Below, one piece after another: positions 19,212-27,950 of a DNA stretch of 64,000 nucleotides; positions within the stretch are counted from its first letter, which is position 1; each line of letters begins with the position of its first letter. Position numbers and translations under genes: made by a program. The DNA is from Magnetococcales bacterium DCbin4. GTDB taxonomy: Bacteria; Pseudomonadota; Magnetococcia; Magnetococcales; UBA8363. The stretch is taken from contig PEAN01000010.1 in assembly GCA_002753735.1 (NCBI GenBank), positions 6,937-70,936 of the forward strand, written 5' to 3'. The notes under the pieces were generated by a model. It ran no database searches. It was not told the origin of the DNA and was given only the letters and a program-made list of their open reading frames with translations.

Positions 19212-19312
19212 AATTCAAAACTTTGGGGCAATCACCGCCCCCGATCCCCTGTTGAGGGATGTAAAACCATAAAAAAACAAAATCCCGGAGGCGATCCCCT
19301 GGCCCCCTGTCT
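19212..19312. repeat. intergenic repeat, copy 2 of the dispersed family
   Basis: CAAAACTTTGGGGCAATCACCGCCCCCGATCCCCTGTTGAGGGATGTAAAACCA...CAAAATCCCGGAGGCGATCCCCTGGCCCCC aligns module by module with 13214-13316. Confidence 0.65.
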
Positions 19313-19490
19313 TCCTCGATCCATGGTTCCGAGGAACCTTCCTTGAACCGCACCCCGCTTCAGATGCACCGTGTTCAAACGTGATTCCCGCAAACACTTT
19401 GGAATCCACCAGCGATGAACCTCACGTTGAATCCTGATGTCCCCCTCTTTCCCTGATCATGAGGGAAATGCATCTCGTACCGGCTGCGGA

Positions 19491-20726
19491 TCAGAACGAA
19501 GGTGATGGTTTTTCCTCTTCCTTGTCCTTGCCCTGCTGGGTATCCCAGCCTCCGATCATCCCTGCGGGTGGCTCGGCATAAATCTGCTCCCCAACCTGAA
19601 GCCCCGACAACACGCTGACCGAATCGGTTTCCACAAAACCACCCAGCCGGATCATGCGCAGTTCGGGTTCCTTCCCCGGCGTCACAATCAAAACCGCCGG
19701 CAGAGAACCGCGCCAGCTCACCGCCGACTTGGGGATGACAGGCAGACTGCGCACCGGGGTGGTGACGTCAGGAATCATCACCTCGGCATACATTCCCGGC
19801 CCCGCCGGAGAACCCTTGGCCAGATCCAGCTTGACCGTCACGGTATGCCGTTGCGGATCGGCCATGGGAAAGACCTGAGCCACCTTGGTTTCCGCTTCAA
19901 CCCCCCCGACATCAAGCTTGGCCGGAATCAACATCCCTTTTTTGACACCGGGCATGAGACGCGCAGGAATGTCCACCTTGATCTGAAGATGCCGGGTATC
20001 GGCAAAACTCAACAACGGCATCCCCGGCTGCACGGTATCGCCAAGTTCGATATGCTTGGCAACGATCACTCCGGCAAACGGGGAAATGGAACGGGTATCA
20101 CGCAGTTTGGCCTCCAGCTCCTGAAGCGCCGCCTGCGCCTGTGTCAATGCGTAACGGGCCTGGTCGATCTGGGTCCCCTGGGCATAGATCTGCGCCCTCC
20201 GGGTCAGTTCGGGACTGTCCAGCCCGATCATGTCGGACATGGGACGGGTCATCACCCGATCAAACATGCGGGGCATGTCCATCCCCATGTTATCCGAAGC
20301 CATGCTCGAACCCGAATAAACCTGACGGGTATACTGCACCCGGGCATTGCGCCAATTGGCGGTTGCCGTTGCCAATGCCGCCTGCGCCGATCGGCGCTTG
20401 GCCAGCAGGTCATCCTCGTCCAGGGCCACCAACACCACCCCCTTCTTGAACCAATCCCCCTCCACCCCGGCAATGTATTCCACCCGGCCGGGCATCTGGG
20501 CGGCAAACGACACCTCCCGATAGGGAACCACGGTTCCCCCCAGGGTCGTGGTTGCGCCGATGGCCGCTTCCCCCACGGTAATGATCCGGTGCCCACCTCC
20601 CGATGCTGCGGTGCCAACGGTTCCACTACCGGAAGCACTTTCGCCGGCTGCCCATGGCACATCGGGTCGAACAATCCAGACCGCAAGCGCCAGCAACAGC
20701 GCCATCAATGTGATCAATGTCCTCAT
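19491..20726 (-). CDS. efflux RND transporter periplasmic adaptor (MFP/HlyD family)
   Basis: Signal/TM MRTLITLMALLLALAVWI. Lipoyl-like, coiled-coil and beta-barrel layout (GGTVVPYREVSFAAQMPGRVEYI, ALTQAQAALQELEAKL, SISPFAGVIVAKHIELGDTV). Confidence 0.8.
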   Translation of the reverse strand: MRTLITLMALLLALAVWIVRPDVPWAAGESASGSGTVGTAASGGGHRIITVGEAAIGATTTLGGTVVPYREVSFAAQMPGRVEYIAGVEGDWFKKGVVLVALDEDDLLAKRRSAQAALATATANWRNARVQYTRQVYSGSSMASDNMGMDMPRMFDRVMTRPMSDMIGLDSPELTRRAQIYAQGTQIDQARYALTQAQAALQELEAKLRDTRSISPFAGVIVAKHIELGDTVQPGMPLLSFADTRHLQIKVDIPARLMPGVKKGMLIPAKLDVGGVEAETKVAQVFPMADPQRHTVTVKLDLAKGSPAGPGMYAEVMIPDVTTPVRSLPVIPKSAVSWRGSLPAVLIVTPGKEPELRMIRLGGFVETDSVSVLSGLQVGEQIYAEPPAGMIGGWDTQQGKDKEEEKPSPSF

Positions 20727-20839
20727 GGAACAAACCACCTCGCAAATCAGGAAGGGGATCCACCCATCATGACAGTAAATGGAAGCGGCCCGAAAAGACG
20801 CTTCAAGGCAAAACCTTCAGGGCGAATCGGCGCCCGGGT

Positions 20840-21235
20840 TCACACGCGTCCCATCACCGAAAAGGATTTGATGAATGGCGCCGCCATTCGTGGATCCTTG
20901 ATCATGGCACCGTAATCCCCCACGTTGAATTTAAGCTTGCGTGAGGTATAGGCCATGCCAAGACCCATCATGCCGATCCCTTTGGAAATCCATTTTTCCC
21001 AGTTGGCCTTGCTGGCGCGCAGATCCCAATTGAGGGGTTCTCCGTCGTAGGGACCGCTTTTGACGACCTTCCCCTTTTGCACCACAATCACACCGACGGG
21101 TTTGTCATCACCCTCGAAACCGTAGGCAATCGTCGAATTGAAATCGATTTCAGCCAGGGCATCGGAAAGTTCCTTTTCCTTATTCCACTCTTCCTGAAAA
21201 CGGGTCATCCATCCTGCGGAAAACAATTCGGCCAT
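20840..21235 (-). CDS. SCP2 sterol/lipid-binding domain-like protein
   Basis: 131 aa. ATG 21235 preceded by AAGGAG. SCP2-like pattern MAELFSAGWMTRFQEEWN...RASKANWEKWISKG...YTSRKLKFNVGDYGAM. Assignment by resemblance only. Confidence 0.5.
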   Translation of the reverse strand: MAELFSAGWMTRFQEEWNKEKELSDALAEIDFNSTIAYGFEGDDKPVGVIVVQKGKVVKSGPYDGEPLNWDLRASKANWEKWISKGIGMMGLGMAYTSRKLKFNVGDYGAMIKDPRMAAPFIKSFSVMGRV

Positions 21236-21428
21236 TTCAGCTCCTTTTCCTGTCATCAGATAGTTACACTGTACTTTTTCAATATGAGGATGTTTCTTGG
21301 TTTTATTAATTATTTCAAACGTTCCCTTTCATCCTGAAAGCGGTTCAACATACCGCATCACAGCCTGTTTGACAATCCTGAACTTCCCCTTCGGGGCAAA
21401 AAGTGGCTGTGGCGTGATGCAGTGAATC

Positions 21429-22226
21429 TCAGACGATGATGCGGCGACGCACCAATGCCACGGCAGCGACGAAGGAGATCATGGCATAAATGGCGATCAC
21501 CGCCAGATTCATCCCGATCTCTTCCGGCAGGCGGCCGTGCCCCGCGGGACGTACCAATGCCACGACATGGGTCAGGGGAAGCGATGACACCAGGAACTGG
21601 ACCAGGGACGGCAGTGAGGCGACCGGATAAAAGACGCCACAGAACAAAAACATTGGCGTCGTCACCAGGGTGAAATAATAAAGGAAAAAGTCGTACCCGG
21701 GAGAAATCGCCGTCACCACCATGGCCATGGCACCAAACGTCAAGCCCGACAGAAACACCACGGGCAGTGCCATGATGGCTGCTTGCGGCGGAAAGGCATC
21801 CAGCAGCATGGCGACGATGAAAATAGCCACCCCTGCGATCAGGGAACGGGTCGCGGCCCAGACCACCTCTCCCGCAACGACATCGGCCACCGTCAGTGGC
21901 GTTGCCAGCATGGCATGAAAGGTGTTTTGCCGAACCATCCGGGTGAATCCGCCGTAGACCGCCTCAAAGGTAGCGGTATTCATGCTGTTGGCGGCCAGGA
22001 TTCCCGAAGCCACATAGACCAGATAATCCATGTCGCCGATCATTCCCACAAACCGCCCCAGGCCATATCCCAAACCCACCAGATACAAAAAAGGTTCACC
22101 CAGACTTCCGGCAAGGGAAGCAGCCGCGGTTTTCCGCCATACCATGAAATGCCGCAGCCATACCTGGCCGAATCTTCTGGAGGGGATGAATCGCCACACC
22201 TGCCGCATCATGGAACCCCCGCTCAT
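21429..22226 (-). CDS. ABC-2 type transporter permease (NodJ-like)
   Basis: Six predicted TM helices. N-terminus WRFIPSRRFGQVWLRHFMVWRK is typical of ABC-2 permeases. ATGA overlap with the ATPase stop at 22223-22226. Confidence 0.75.
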   Translation of the reverse strand: MSGGSMMRQVWRFIPSRRFGQVWLRHFMVWRKTAAASLAGSLGEPFLYLVGLGYGLGRFVGMIGDMDYLVYVASGILAANSMNTATFEAVYGGFTRMVRQNTFHAMLATPLTVADVVAGEVVWAATRSLIAGVAIFIVAMLLDAFPPQAAIMALPVVFLSGLTFGAMAMVVTAISPGYDFFLYYFTLVTTPMFLFCGVFYPVASLPSLVQFLVSSLPLTHVVALVRPAGHGRLPEEIGMNLAVIAIYAMISFVAAVALVRRRIIV

Positions 22227-23143
22227 GAGCCTTCTCCCAGATCGTGACCGGTCAAACGCAAGAATACATCCTCCAGGTTGGCCGGACGCAGAAGACAGGA
22301 ATAGCCATCCCGTTGCCGCACCCGGGCACGCAACGATTCCAACTGCACGCCATGAACATAAAGGACATCCCCCACCCGTTCCAGTCGTCCCGGAAGTGGT
22401 CCGAACGTATTTGGATCGGGGCACCCCTTGTGGGTCCAAACTTCCAGCACTTCCGGTTCCACATGTTTGGCGATGAGGGCTTCAGGGGTCCCCTGATCAA
22501 GAATGCGTCCCTGGTCAAGGATCAACAACCGGTCACACAGACGGGAGGCCTCTTCCATGTAATGGGTCGTCAGGAGCAGGGTGACCCCGCGTTCCTTGAG
22601 GCTGGCCAACCGCTGCCAGATCAGATGCCGTGCCTGGGGATCCAATCCGGTCGTCGGTTCATCGAGAATGACCATTCTGGGTTGTGCCACCAGGGCACGG
22701 GCGATCACCAGACGGCGCATCATGCCACCCGAAAGGATGCGTACCGGGGCATCGCGCCGGTCGCTCAACTGGGCAAACTCCAAAAGATGTTCGATCCGTT
22801 CCGCCCGCGCCCTGGCCGGCATACCGAAATAGCGGCAATAGACCTCCAGATTTTCCGCCACCCCCAGATCGGTATCCAGATTGTTTTCCTGGGGAACGAT
22901 TCCCAATTGCGCCGCAATCAGGGGATCTTCCGGAACGACATCACGGCCCAGGATTTCCAGCCGGCCCCCATCCCTCGGAGTTAAACCGGTGATCATGCGC
23001 ATGGTGGTACTTTTGCCGGCCCCATTGGGTCCGAGAAACCCAAAGCATTCCCCTTGCCGGATTTCAAAATCGATCCCATCCACCACCATGCGCGCCCCAT
23101 AACGTTTGGTCAGATTGGAGGCCAGAATGATGGTCGATCGCAT
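22223..23143 (-). CDS. ABC transporter ATP-binding protein (NodI/DrrA-like)
   Basis: Walker A GPNGAGKST, Q-loop, signature LSGGMMRRL, Walker B ILDEPTTGLD, H-loop TTHYMEE. Start trimmed to MRSTII (23143). Confidence 0.85.
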   Translation of the reverse strand: MRSTIILASNLTKRYGARMVVDGIDFEIRQGECFGFLGPNGAGKSTTMRMITGLTPRDGGRLEILGRDVVPEDPLIAAQLGIVPQENNLDTDLGVAENLEVYCRYFGMPARARAERIEHLLEFAQLSDRRDAPVRILSGGMMRRLVIARALVAQPRMVILDEPTTGLDPQARHLIWQRLASLKERGVTLLLTTHYMEEASRLCDRLLILDQGRILDQGTPEALIAKHVEPEVLEVWTHKGCPDPNTFGPLPGRLERVGDVLYVHGVQLESLRARVRQRDGYSCLLRPANLEDVFLRLTGHDLGEGS

Positions 23144-23220
23144 GGTTGAATTCCCATTTATCGGTTGCACAGATGAAAAATACCCGTATTCTGGAAGCGC
23201 GTGTTCACATTCACAAAAAC

Positions 23221-23362
23221 AAACCATGAAAATTGGGGCTGGAACATTGCCCGAGGTTTTTGATTTTGATCTTTACCTGAACAATGATGAATACCTTGGA
23301 AGATTTCGTCCCCCGAACCCCCTGCTAGGGAAACTTCTGGACAACGTCACAATCAAAACCCT
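23221..23362. repeat. intergenic repeat, copy 3 of the dispersed family
   Basis: TTGGAAGATTTCGTCCCCCGAACCCCCTGCTAGGG matches TGGAGGACTTCGTCCCCCACACCCCCTGTGGGGG of copy 1. Flanked by GGTTTTTGATTTTGAT and ATCAAAACC in inverted orientation. Confidence 0.6.
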
Positions 23363-23452
23363 GTGAGCAAACCTCCAGCCCCATTTTTTAATTATTTGGC
23401 AACGATGGATCAACCGCTCTTTAAGTTTTTCACTCAAGACACGGATCAGACC

Positions 23453-25009
23453 ATGGCAAAACTACTGACCAGCGCCCAAATGCAGGAAGCGGACCGGCGA
23501 ACCATTGAGGAATTAGGACTGCCCGGCATGGTATTGATGGAAAACGCCGGCCAGGGAGTCGTCCAGATCCTCAAGGCTCAACTGGATGACTGGCACCAAC
23601 GACGCATCCTGATCGTGGCGGGAACGGGCAACAACGGTGGCGACGGGTTTGTCGTGGCACGACGCCTGTTGCAGGACGGTGTCTCCACCACAGTCCTCCT
23701 TCTGGGCCGCGTCCACACCCTCAAGGGGGATGCCGCCACCAATTATCAAGTATACCATCGGCTGGGGGGAAAAGTCCGAGAAATCGTTGTACCGGAAGAT
23801 CTGGATCGGCTGCAAAGCCGATTGAATCATGCCGGAGTGATCATTGACGCCCTGTTCGGCACCGGTCTGATTCGCCCCGTAACCGGCATCATCGCGACCG
23901 TCATCGACATGATCAACCAGACCGGCAAACCGGTGTTGGCGATCGATATCCCTTCGGGCGTCAGCGCCGATACCGGTCGCGTCATGGGAACCGCCATCCG
24001 CGCCGACTGGACCGTTACCTTTGCCGCCGAAAAGATCGGTCATCGCCTCTACCCCGGTGCCGGACTCTGCGGCCAACTGTTCCGGGTCGAGATTGGAATC
24101 CCGGCCGGTTATCTGGACCTTCCCCAACATCGGGTTGCCCGCAATCTGCCTGATGATCTCATCATTCCCGCTCGTCCCCGAGACAGTCACAAAGGACGGT
24201 TCGGTCATCTGTTCATTGTCGCCGGATCGGTTGGCAAGGAGGGTGCTGCCGCGCTGAGTGCCCTGGGAGCGCACAGTGTCGGTCCCGGACTCATCACCGT
24301 CGCCACCCCCGGCATCGCCCAACCCGCCGTCGCCTCCAAATTATTGGAAGCGATGAGCCTCCCCCTCCCCGACGACGGTCTGGCCTGCATCCAACCCGAA
24401 GCCCTCACCACGCTGCTCAATCACACCACCCAACCCTCGGCGATTGCCATCGGACCGGGATTGGGAACGGGTGATGGGACGGTTGCCGTCGTCACCGGCC
24501 TGCTGCACCATTGGCCTGACATTCCCATGGTCATCGATGCCGATGGCCTCAACGCCCTGGCCCGCAACCATGAGCCACCGCTACGACACCACCGCTCCGC
24601 CGCCACCGTACTGACCCCCCACCCGGGAGAAATGTCGCGTCTCTTGTGTCAACCGGTCGCTGCCATCCAGGGAGATCGGTTGTCCGCTGCGGCGACCCTG
24701 GCGGCCAGCCTTCAGGCATGGGTCGTTCTCAAAGGAGCCGACAGCGTGATCGCCGCCCCCGATGGCCGTCTGTGGATCAATGACACCGGCAATTCGGGTC
24801 TTGCCGCCGGTGGCAGCGGCGACATCCTCACCGGAGTGATCTCCGGCCTGCTGACGCGAGGCTGGCCGGTCGAAAGTGCGGTTCGGGCGGGCGTATGGGT
24901 TCATGGCCGGGCCGCCGAAGCAGCCGCAGCCGCCTTTGGTGGCGTCGCCGGGATCAAAGCGGGAGAACTCCCCCCCTTCATCCGCAGTGCCATCAACGCA
25001 CTGGGATAG
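23453..25009 (+). CDS. nnr: bifunctional NAD(P)H-hydrate repair enzyme (epimerase/dehydratase, YjeF)
   Basis: N-terminal YjeF_N (MQEADRRTIEELGLPGMVLMENAG, GTGNNGGDG). C-terminal carbohydrate-kinase-like part (GSVGKEGAAAL, TPHPGEM, VLKG, GGSGDILTG). Confidence 0.85.
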   Translation: MAKLLTSAQMQEADRRTIEELGLPGMVLMENAGQGVVQILKAQLDDWHQRRILIVAGTGNNGGDGFVVARRLLQDGVSTTVLLLGRVHTLKGDAATNYQVYHRLGGKVREIVVPEDLDRLQSRLNHAGVIIDALFGTGLIRPVTGIIATVIDMINQTGKPVLAIDIPSGVSADTGRVMGTAIRADWTVTFAAEKIGHRLYPGAGLCGQLFRVEIGIPAGYLDLPQHRVARNLPDDLIIPARPRDSHKGRFGHLFIVAGSVGKEGAAALSALGAHSVGPGLITVATPGIAQPAVASKLLEAMSLPLPDDGLACIQPEALTTLLNHTTQPSAIAIGPGLGTGDGTVAVVTGLLHHWPDIPMVIDADGLNALARNHEPPLRHHRSAATVLTPHPGEMSRLLCQPVAAIQGDRLSAAATLAASLQAWVVLKGADSVIAAPDGRLWINDTGNSGLAAGGSGDILTGVISGLLTRGWPVESAVRAGVWVHGRAAEAAAAAFGGVAGIKAGELPPFIRSAINALG

Positions 25010-25234
25010 CGGAAGAGGGATGCCATGGAACGACGGCGCTTCGGCAAAACCGACCGTCTGCTTTCGATTTCCACCCTGGGGACCATGCGTTTCTGGTCCA
25101 CCGGGCCCATCAGGAATTTTCCTGAAATCATTCACCTGTCATCAGGGAAAACAGGGGGGGCAACCTTCGCAGAAATGACGAAAGATTGCCCCGGTCCTTT
25201 TTTTCCTGATCATTTCCTGGACGAGGAAGCACCC

Positions 25235-25948
25235 ATGATGACCCCTGAAGAGCAGGCCGTATTGGCGCGGCAAAGCCGGTTCAAGGTGCATGGTCGCAAG
25301 AAGGGGATGCTCAAACGCAGTGAGGCGGACTGGTTACCCGAACGGGTTCGGCAATTGTCCCCCCCCTGGGCCGAAACCCGCAGGGAACTGTTGACCCGCT
25401 GGCACGCCAATCCCGACCATGCCCGTCTATGGTTGGAAATCGGCTTCGGCAATGGCGACACCCTGACCCACATGGCGACCCATGCCCCCCAGGATCGCCT
25501 GATCGGTATTGATGTTTTCATGGAAGGTTTTTCGGCATTGCTGCGACGGATGGAACGGTTGCACCTCGACAACATTGCCGTGGAAGCGGGGCATGCCCTG
25601 GAGATTCTTGAAACAAGGGGGGTAACCCATCTGTTCGACCGGGTCATGATCAACTTTCCCGATCCCTGGCCCAAAAAACGCCATCACAAGCGCCGTCTGA
25701 TCCAAACCGATTTTCTCGACACCCTCGCCCGGGCGATGACGCCCGGAGGACTCCTGACGCTGGCCACCGACTGGCCTGAATATGGTATCTGGATGCTGGA
25801 TCATCTGGAACGCCACCCCGCATTCATCAACGCCTACGGTCCCCGCCAGCCCGCTCCCGAACCCGACTTGTGGCTCCCCACCTGTTTCCAGAAAAAAGGG
25901 GAAGCGGCAGGCCGCACCATTCTCCATCTGGCCTACCATCGTCCGTAG
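25235..25948 (+). CDS. trmB: tRNA (guanine-N7)-methyltransferase
   Basis: LEIGFGNGD, IGIDV and NFPDPWPKKRHHKRRL are TrmB hallmark motifs. Start set at ATGATG 25235 after AGGAAG. The upstream 70 codons of the track ORF have no support. Confidence 0.8.
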   Translation: MMTPEEQAVLARQSRFKVHGRKKGMLKRSEADWLPERVRQLSPPWAETRRELLTRWHANPDHARLWLEIGFGNGDTLTHMATHAPQDRLIGIDVFMEGFSALLRRMERLHLDNIAVEAGHALEILETRGVTHLFDRVMINFPDPWPKKRHHKRRLIQTDFLDTLARAMTPGGLLTLATDWPEYGIWMLDHLERHPAFINAYGPRQPAPEPDLWLPTCFQKKGEAAGRTILHLAYHRP

Positions 25949-25999
25949 GCCCGCTCCTGCAACCTTCCATGCCATGGAGATTCAAGAAAACGAATAAAG

Positions 26000-26036
26000 A
26001 AAGGGTATGAGGCTGCGCCCCATACCCTTTCTTTTC
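26000..26036. terminator. bidirectional intrinsic terminator between trmB and ampG
   Basis: AAAGGGTATG-11 nt-CATACCCTTT, a perfect 10-bp stem, followed by CTTTTCC. An A-rich tract on the other side serves the minus strand. Confidence 0.6.
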
Positions 26037-26065
26037 CAACAATTGATTTTTTATGTCAACACACC

Positions 26066-27448
26066 CTAGTCGATACCATTGACCATCTGTTCGTTCGGTT
26101 CAGAAGGAAACCGTTTGATCATCCACGCCAACAATAACAATCCGGGAAGCGCCGCTGCGGTCGTGACCAGAAAGAACAGCTCCCAGGACATATGGTCCGC
26201 CAACCAGCCCCCCGTAGAGGAAAGGATGGTGCGACCAAAGGACATGAACGAGGAAAGCAGTGCATACTGGGTGGCGGTATAGGCGATGTTGCACAGGGAA
26301 GAAAGATAGGCGACAAAGGCGGCGGTTCCCATGCCACCGCTTAAATTTTCGATCAGGATCGTCATCGTGAATGCGGTCATGTCATTACCCGCACGGGCCA
26401 GAATCACGAACATCAGGTTGGAGGCCAGTTGCAACACGCCACACCAGAGCAGCGAACGCATGACCCCCAGACGGTTGACCATCCACCCCCCCAGAAACGC
26501 CCCGACGATGGTGGCGGTCAACCCCACCACCTTGCTGATATCGGCGATTTGGATGCGGGTAAAACCCAGTTCGGTATAGAACGGATTGCCCATCACCCCG
26601 GCCAGGGCGTCGCCCAATTTGTAGAGCAGGATGAACAGCAACACCTGCACCCATCCCCTGCGGGTCATGAACTCGGCAAAAGGACCAATCACCGCCCCGG
26701 AAAACCACAACACCAAATTCCGGCCCGTCTCTCCCAGGTTGAGGGTCGCGATGCGGGCGCGCATCTTTCGTTCCAGCCGGAGCGAAGCGCCACTCACCGG
26801 GATCTCCGGTTCGGGGGCCAACAGCACGGTCAACATTCCCACACTCATGAGACCCGCCATGACCAGATAGGTGATCTTCCAGCCAAACCAGGTCGCCAGA
26901 TACAAGGCCAAAGCCCCGGAAGCCAACATCCCCAGGCGATACCCCAATACCACCACCGCCGCACCCGCCCCGTAATGATCAGCGTCAAGCGCTTCCACCC
27001 GATAGGCGTCAATCACGATGTCCTGGGTGGCAGACCAAAAGGCGGTACTCAAGGCGAACACGGCGGTCCACCACGGCACGATATCCGGAGATGACAACCC
27101 CATGGCCGCAATGGAACACACAAGGAAAAACTGGGTCAGCAACGCCCAACCGCGTCTGCGGCCAAAGGCCCGGGTCACCCCCGGAATCGGCAGACGATCC
27201 ACCAAAGGGGCCCAAAGAAATTTGAACGTGTACGGAATTCCCGTCAACGCAAACAGGCCAATGGAAGTTTTACTCACCCCCGATTCGGACAACCACAGCG
27301 ACAACGTGCCAAAGGTCAACGCCAACGGCAGCCCACTGGAAAACCCCAGGAACAACACCACTACGACCCGTGGATGTCCATAAACGTGGAAAAAATCAGT
27401 CACACTTGCCCATGGGTTGGATGAACCCCGTTGCATGCTCGTTCCCAT
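26066..27448 (-). CDS. ampG: MFS transporter, AmpG family (muropeptide permease)
   Basis: FLGFSSGLPLALTFGTLSLWL...GLFALTGIPYTFKFLWAPLVDR...GRRRGW is the AmpG signature. About 12-14 TM helices. Confidence 0.8.
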   Translation of the reverse strand: MGTSMQRGSSNPWASVTDFFHVYGHPRVVVVLFLGFSSGLPLALTFGTLSLWLSESGVSKTSIGLFALTGIPYTFKFLWAPLVDRLPIPGVTRAFGRRRGWALLTQFFLVCSIAAMGLSSPDIVPWWTAVFALSTAFWSATQDIVIDAYRVEALDADHYGAGAAVVVLGYRLGMLASGALALYLATWFGWKITYLVMAGLMSVGMLTVLLAPEPEIPVSGASLRLERKMRARIATLNLGETGRNLVLWFSGAVIGPFAEFMTRRGWVQVLLFILLYKLGDALAGVMGNPFYTELGFTRIQIADISKVVGLTATIVGAFLGGWMVNRLGVMRSLLWCGVLQLASNLMFVILARAGNDMTAFTMTILIENLSGGMGTAAFVAYLSSLCNIAYTATQYALLSSFMSFGRTILSSTGGWLADHMSWELFFLVTTAAALPGLLLLAWMIKRFPSEPNEQMVNGID

Positions 27449-27549
27449 CCCTCCTTAGTTTGATCCAAAAGAACGGTGATCGTAACCTTATTCCCCTGCA
27501 ACAGACACGGTTGATCAGCAGACATCGTCACTTTACAAAAATTAAATCG

Positions 27550-27804
27550 TCAGACTGAAGCACGACCCGGTGTCATCGCCTTAATCGATTGAACCAAGGC
27601 ATCGATTGTGGTCATGGACATCAACGCTTCGATGGAAAACCGAATATTGAAAATTTCCTCGGCCCTGGTAATGACTTGCATGTGGATGATGCTATCCCAG
27701 TTGGGAATATCCATCATGACCAGTTCCGGGACGATTTCCATGGTGTCATCTCCAAGGATCTTGCGGATTTCGTGAATCATGGTATCGAGGATCTGTGAGG
27801 ACAT
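27550..27804 (-). CDS. acyl carrier protein-like (phosphopantetheine attachment site)
   Basis: 84 aa. DIPNWDSIIHMQVI carries the DS(I/L) Ser attachment motif in ACP helix-II context. Confidence 0.65.
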   Translation of the reverse strand: MSSQILDTMIHEIRKILGDDTMEIVPELVMMDIPNWDSIIHMQVITRAEEIFNIRFSIEALMSMTTIDALVQSIKAMTPGRASV

Positions 27805-27950
27805 GGGGGGATCTCCCTATTGAACCTGGAATAGACAACAGCACCCGAAATCTTGAAATAGATACATGATTTTCCCACACGTTCATCGACCGGGAAGCCA
27901 TTTTGTACGCATTACGCATCTGGTGAAAAGACTGAAAATACCCATCGGCG

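Noticed and set aside
19845-20915. 356-aa plus-strand ORF
   Set aside because: It is antisense to the MFP gene, rich in Arg/Gly/Pro/His, and has no motifs. This is a typical shadow ORF of a GC-rich coding region.
25025-25234. 70-codon N-terminal extension of trmB, and the similar long 5' extensions of the nnr (23363), tsaD (38116), tex (34715) and HD (47186) ORFs
   Set aside because: Homology-like sequence begins only at the internal ATGs, which also have better RBS context. The extensions overlap neighbouring genes or repeats.
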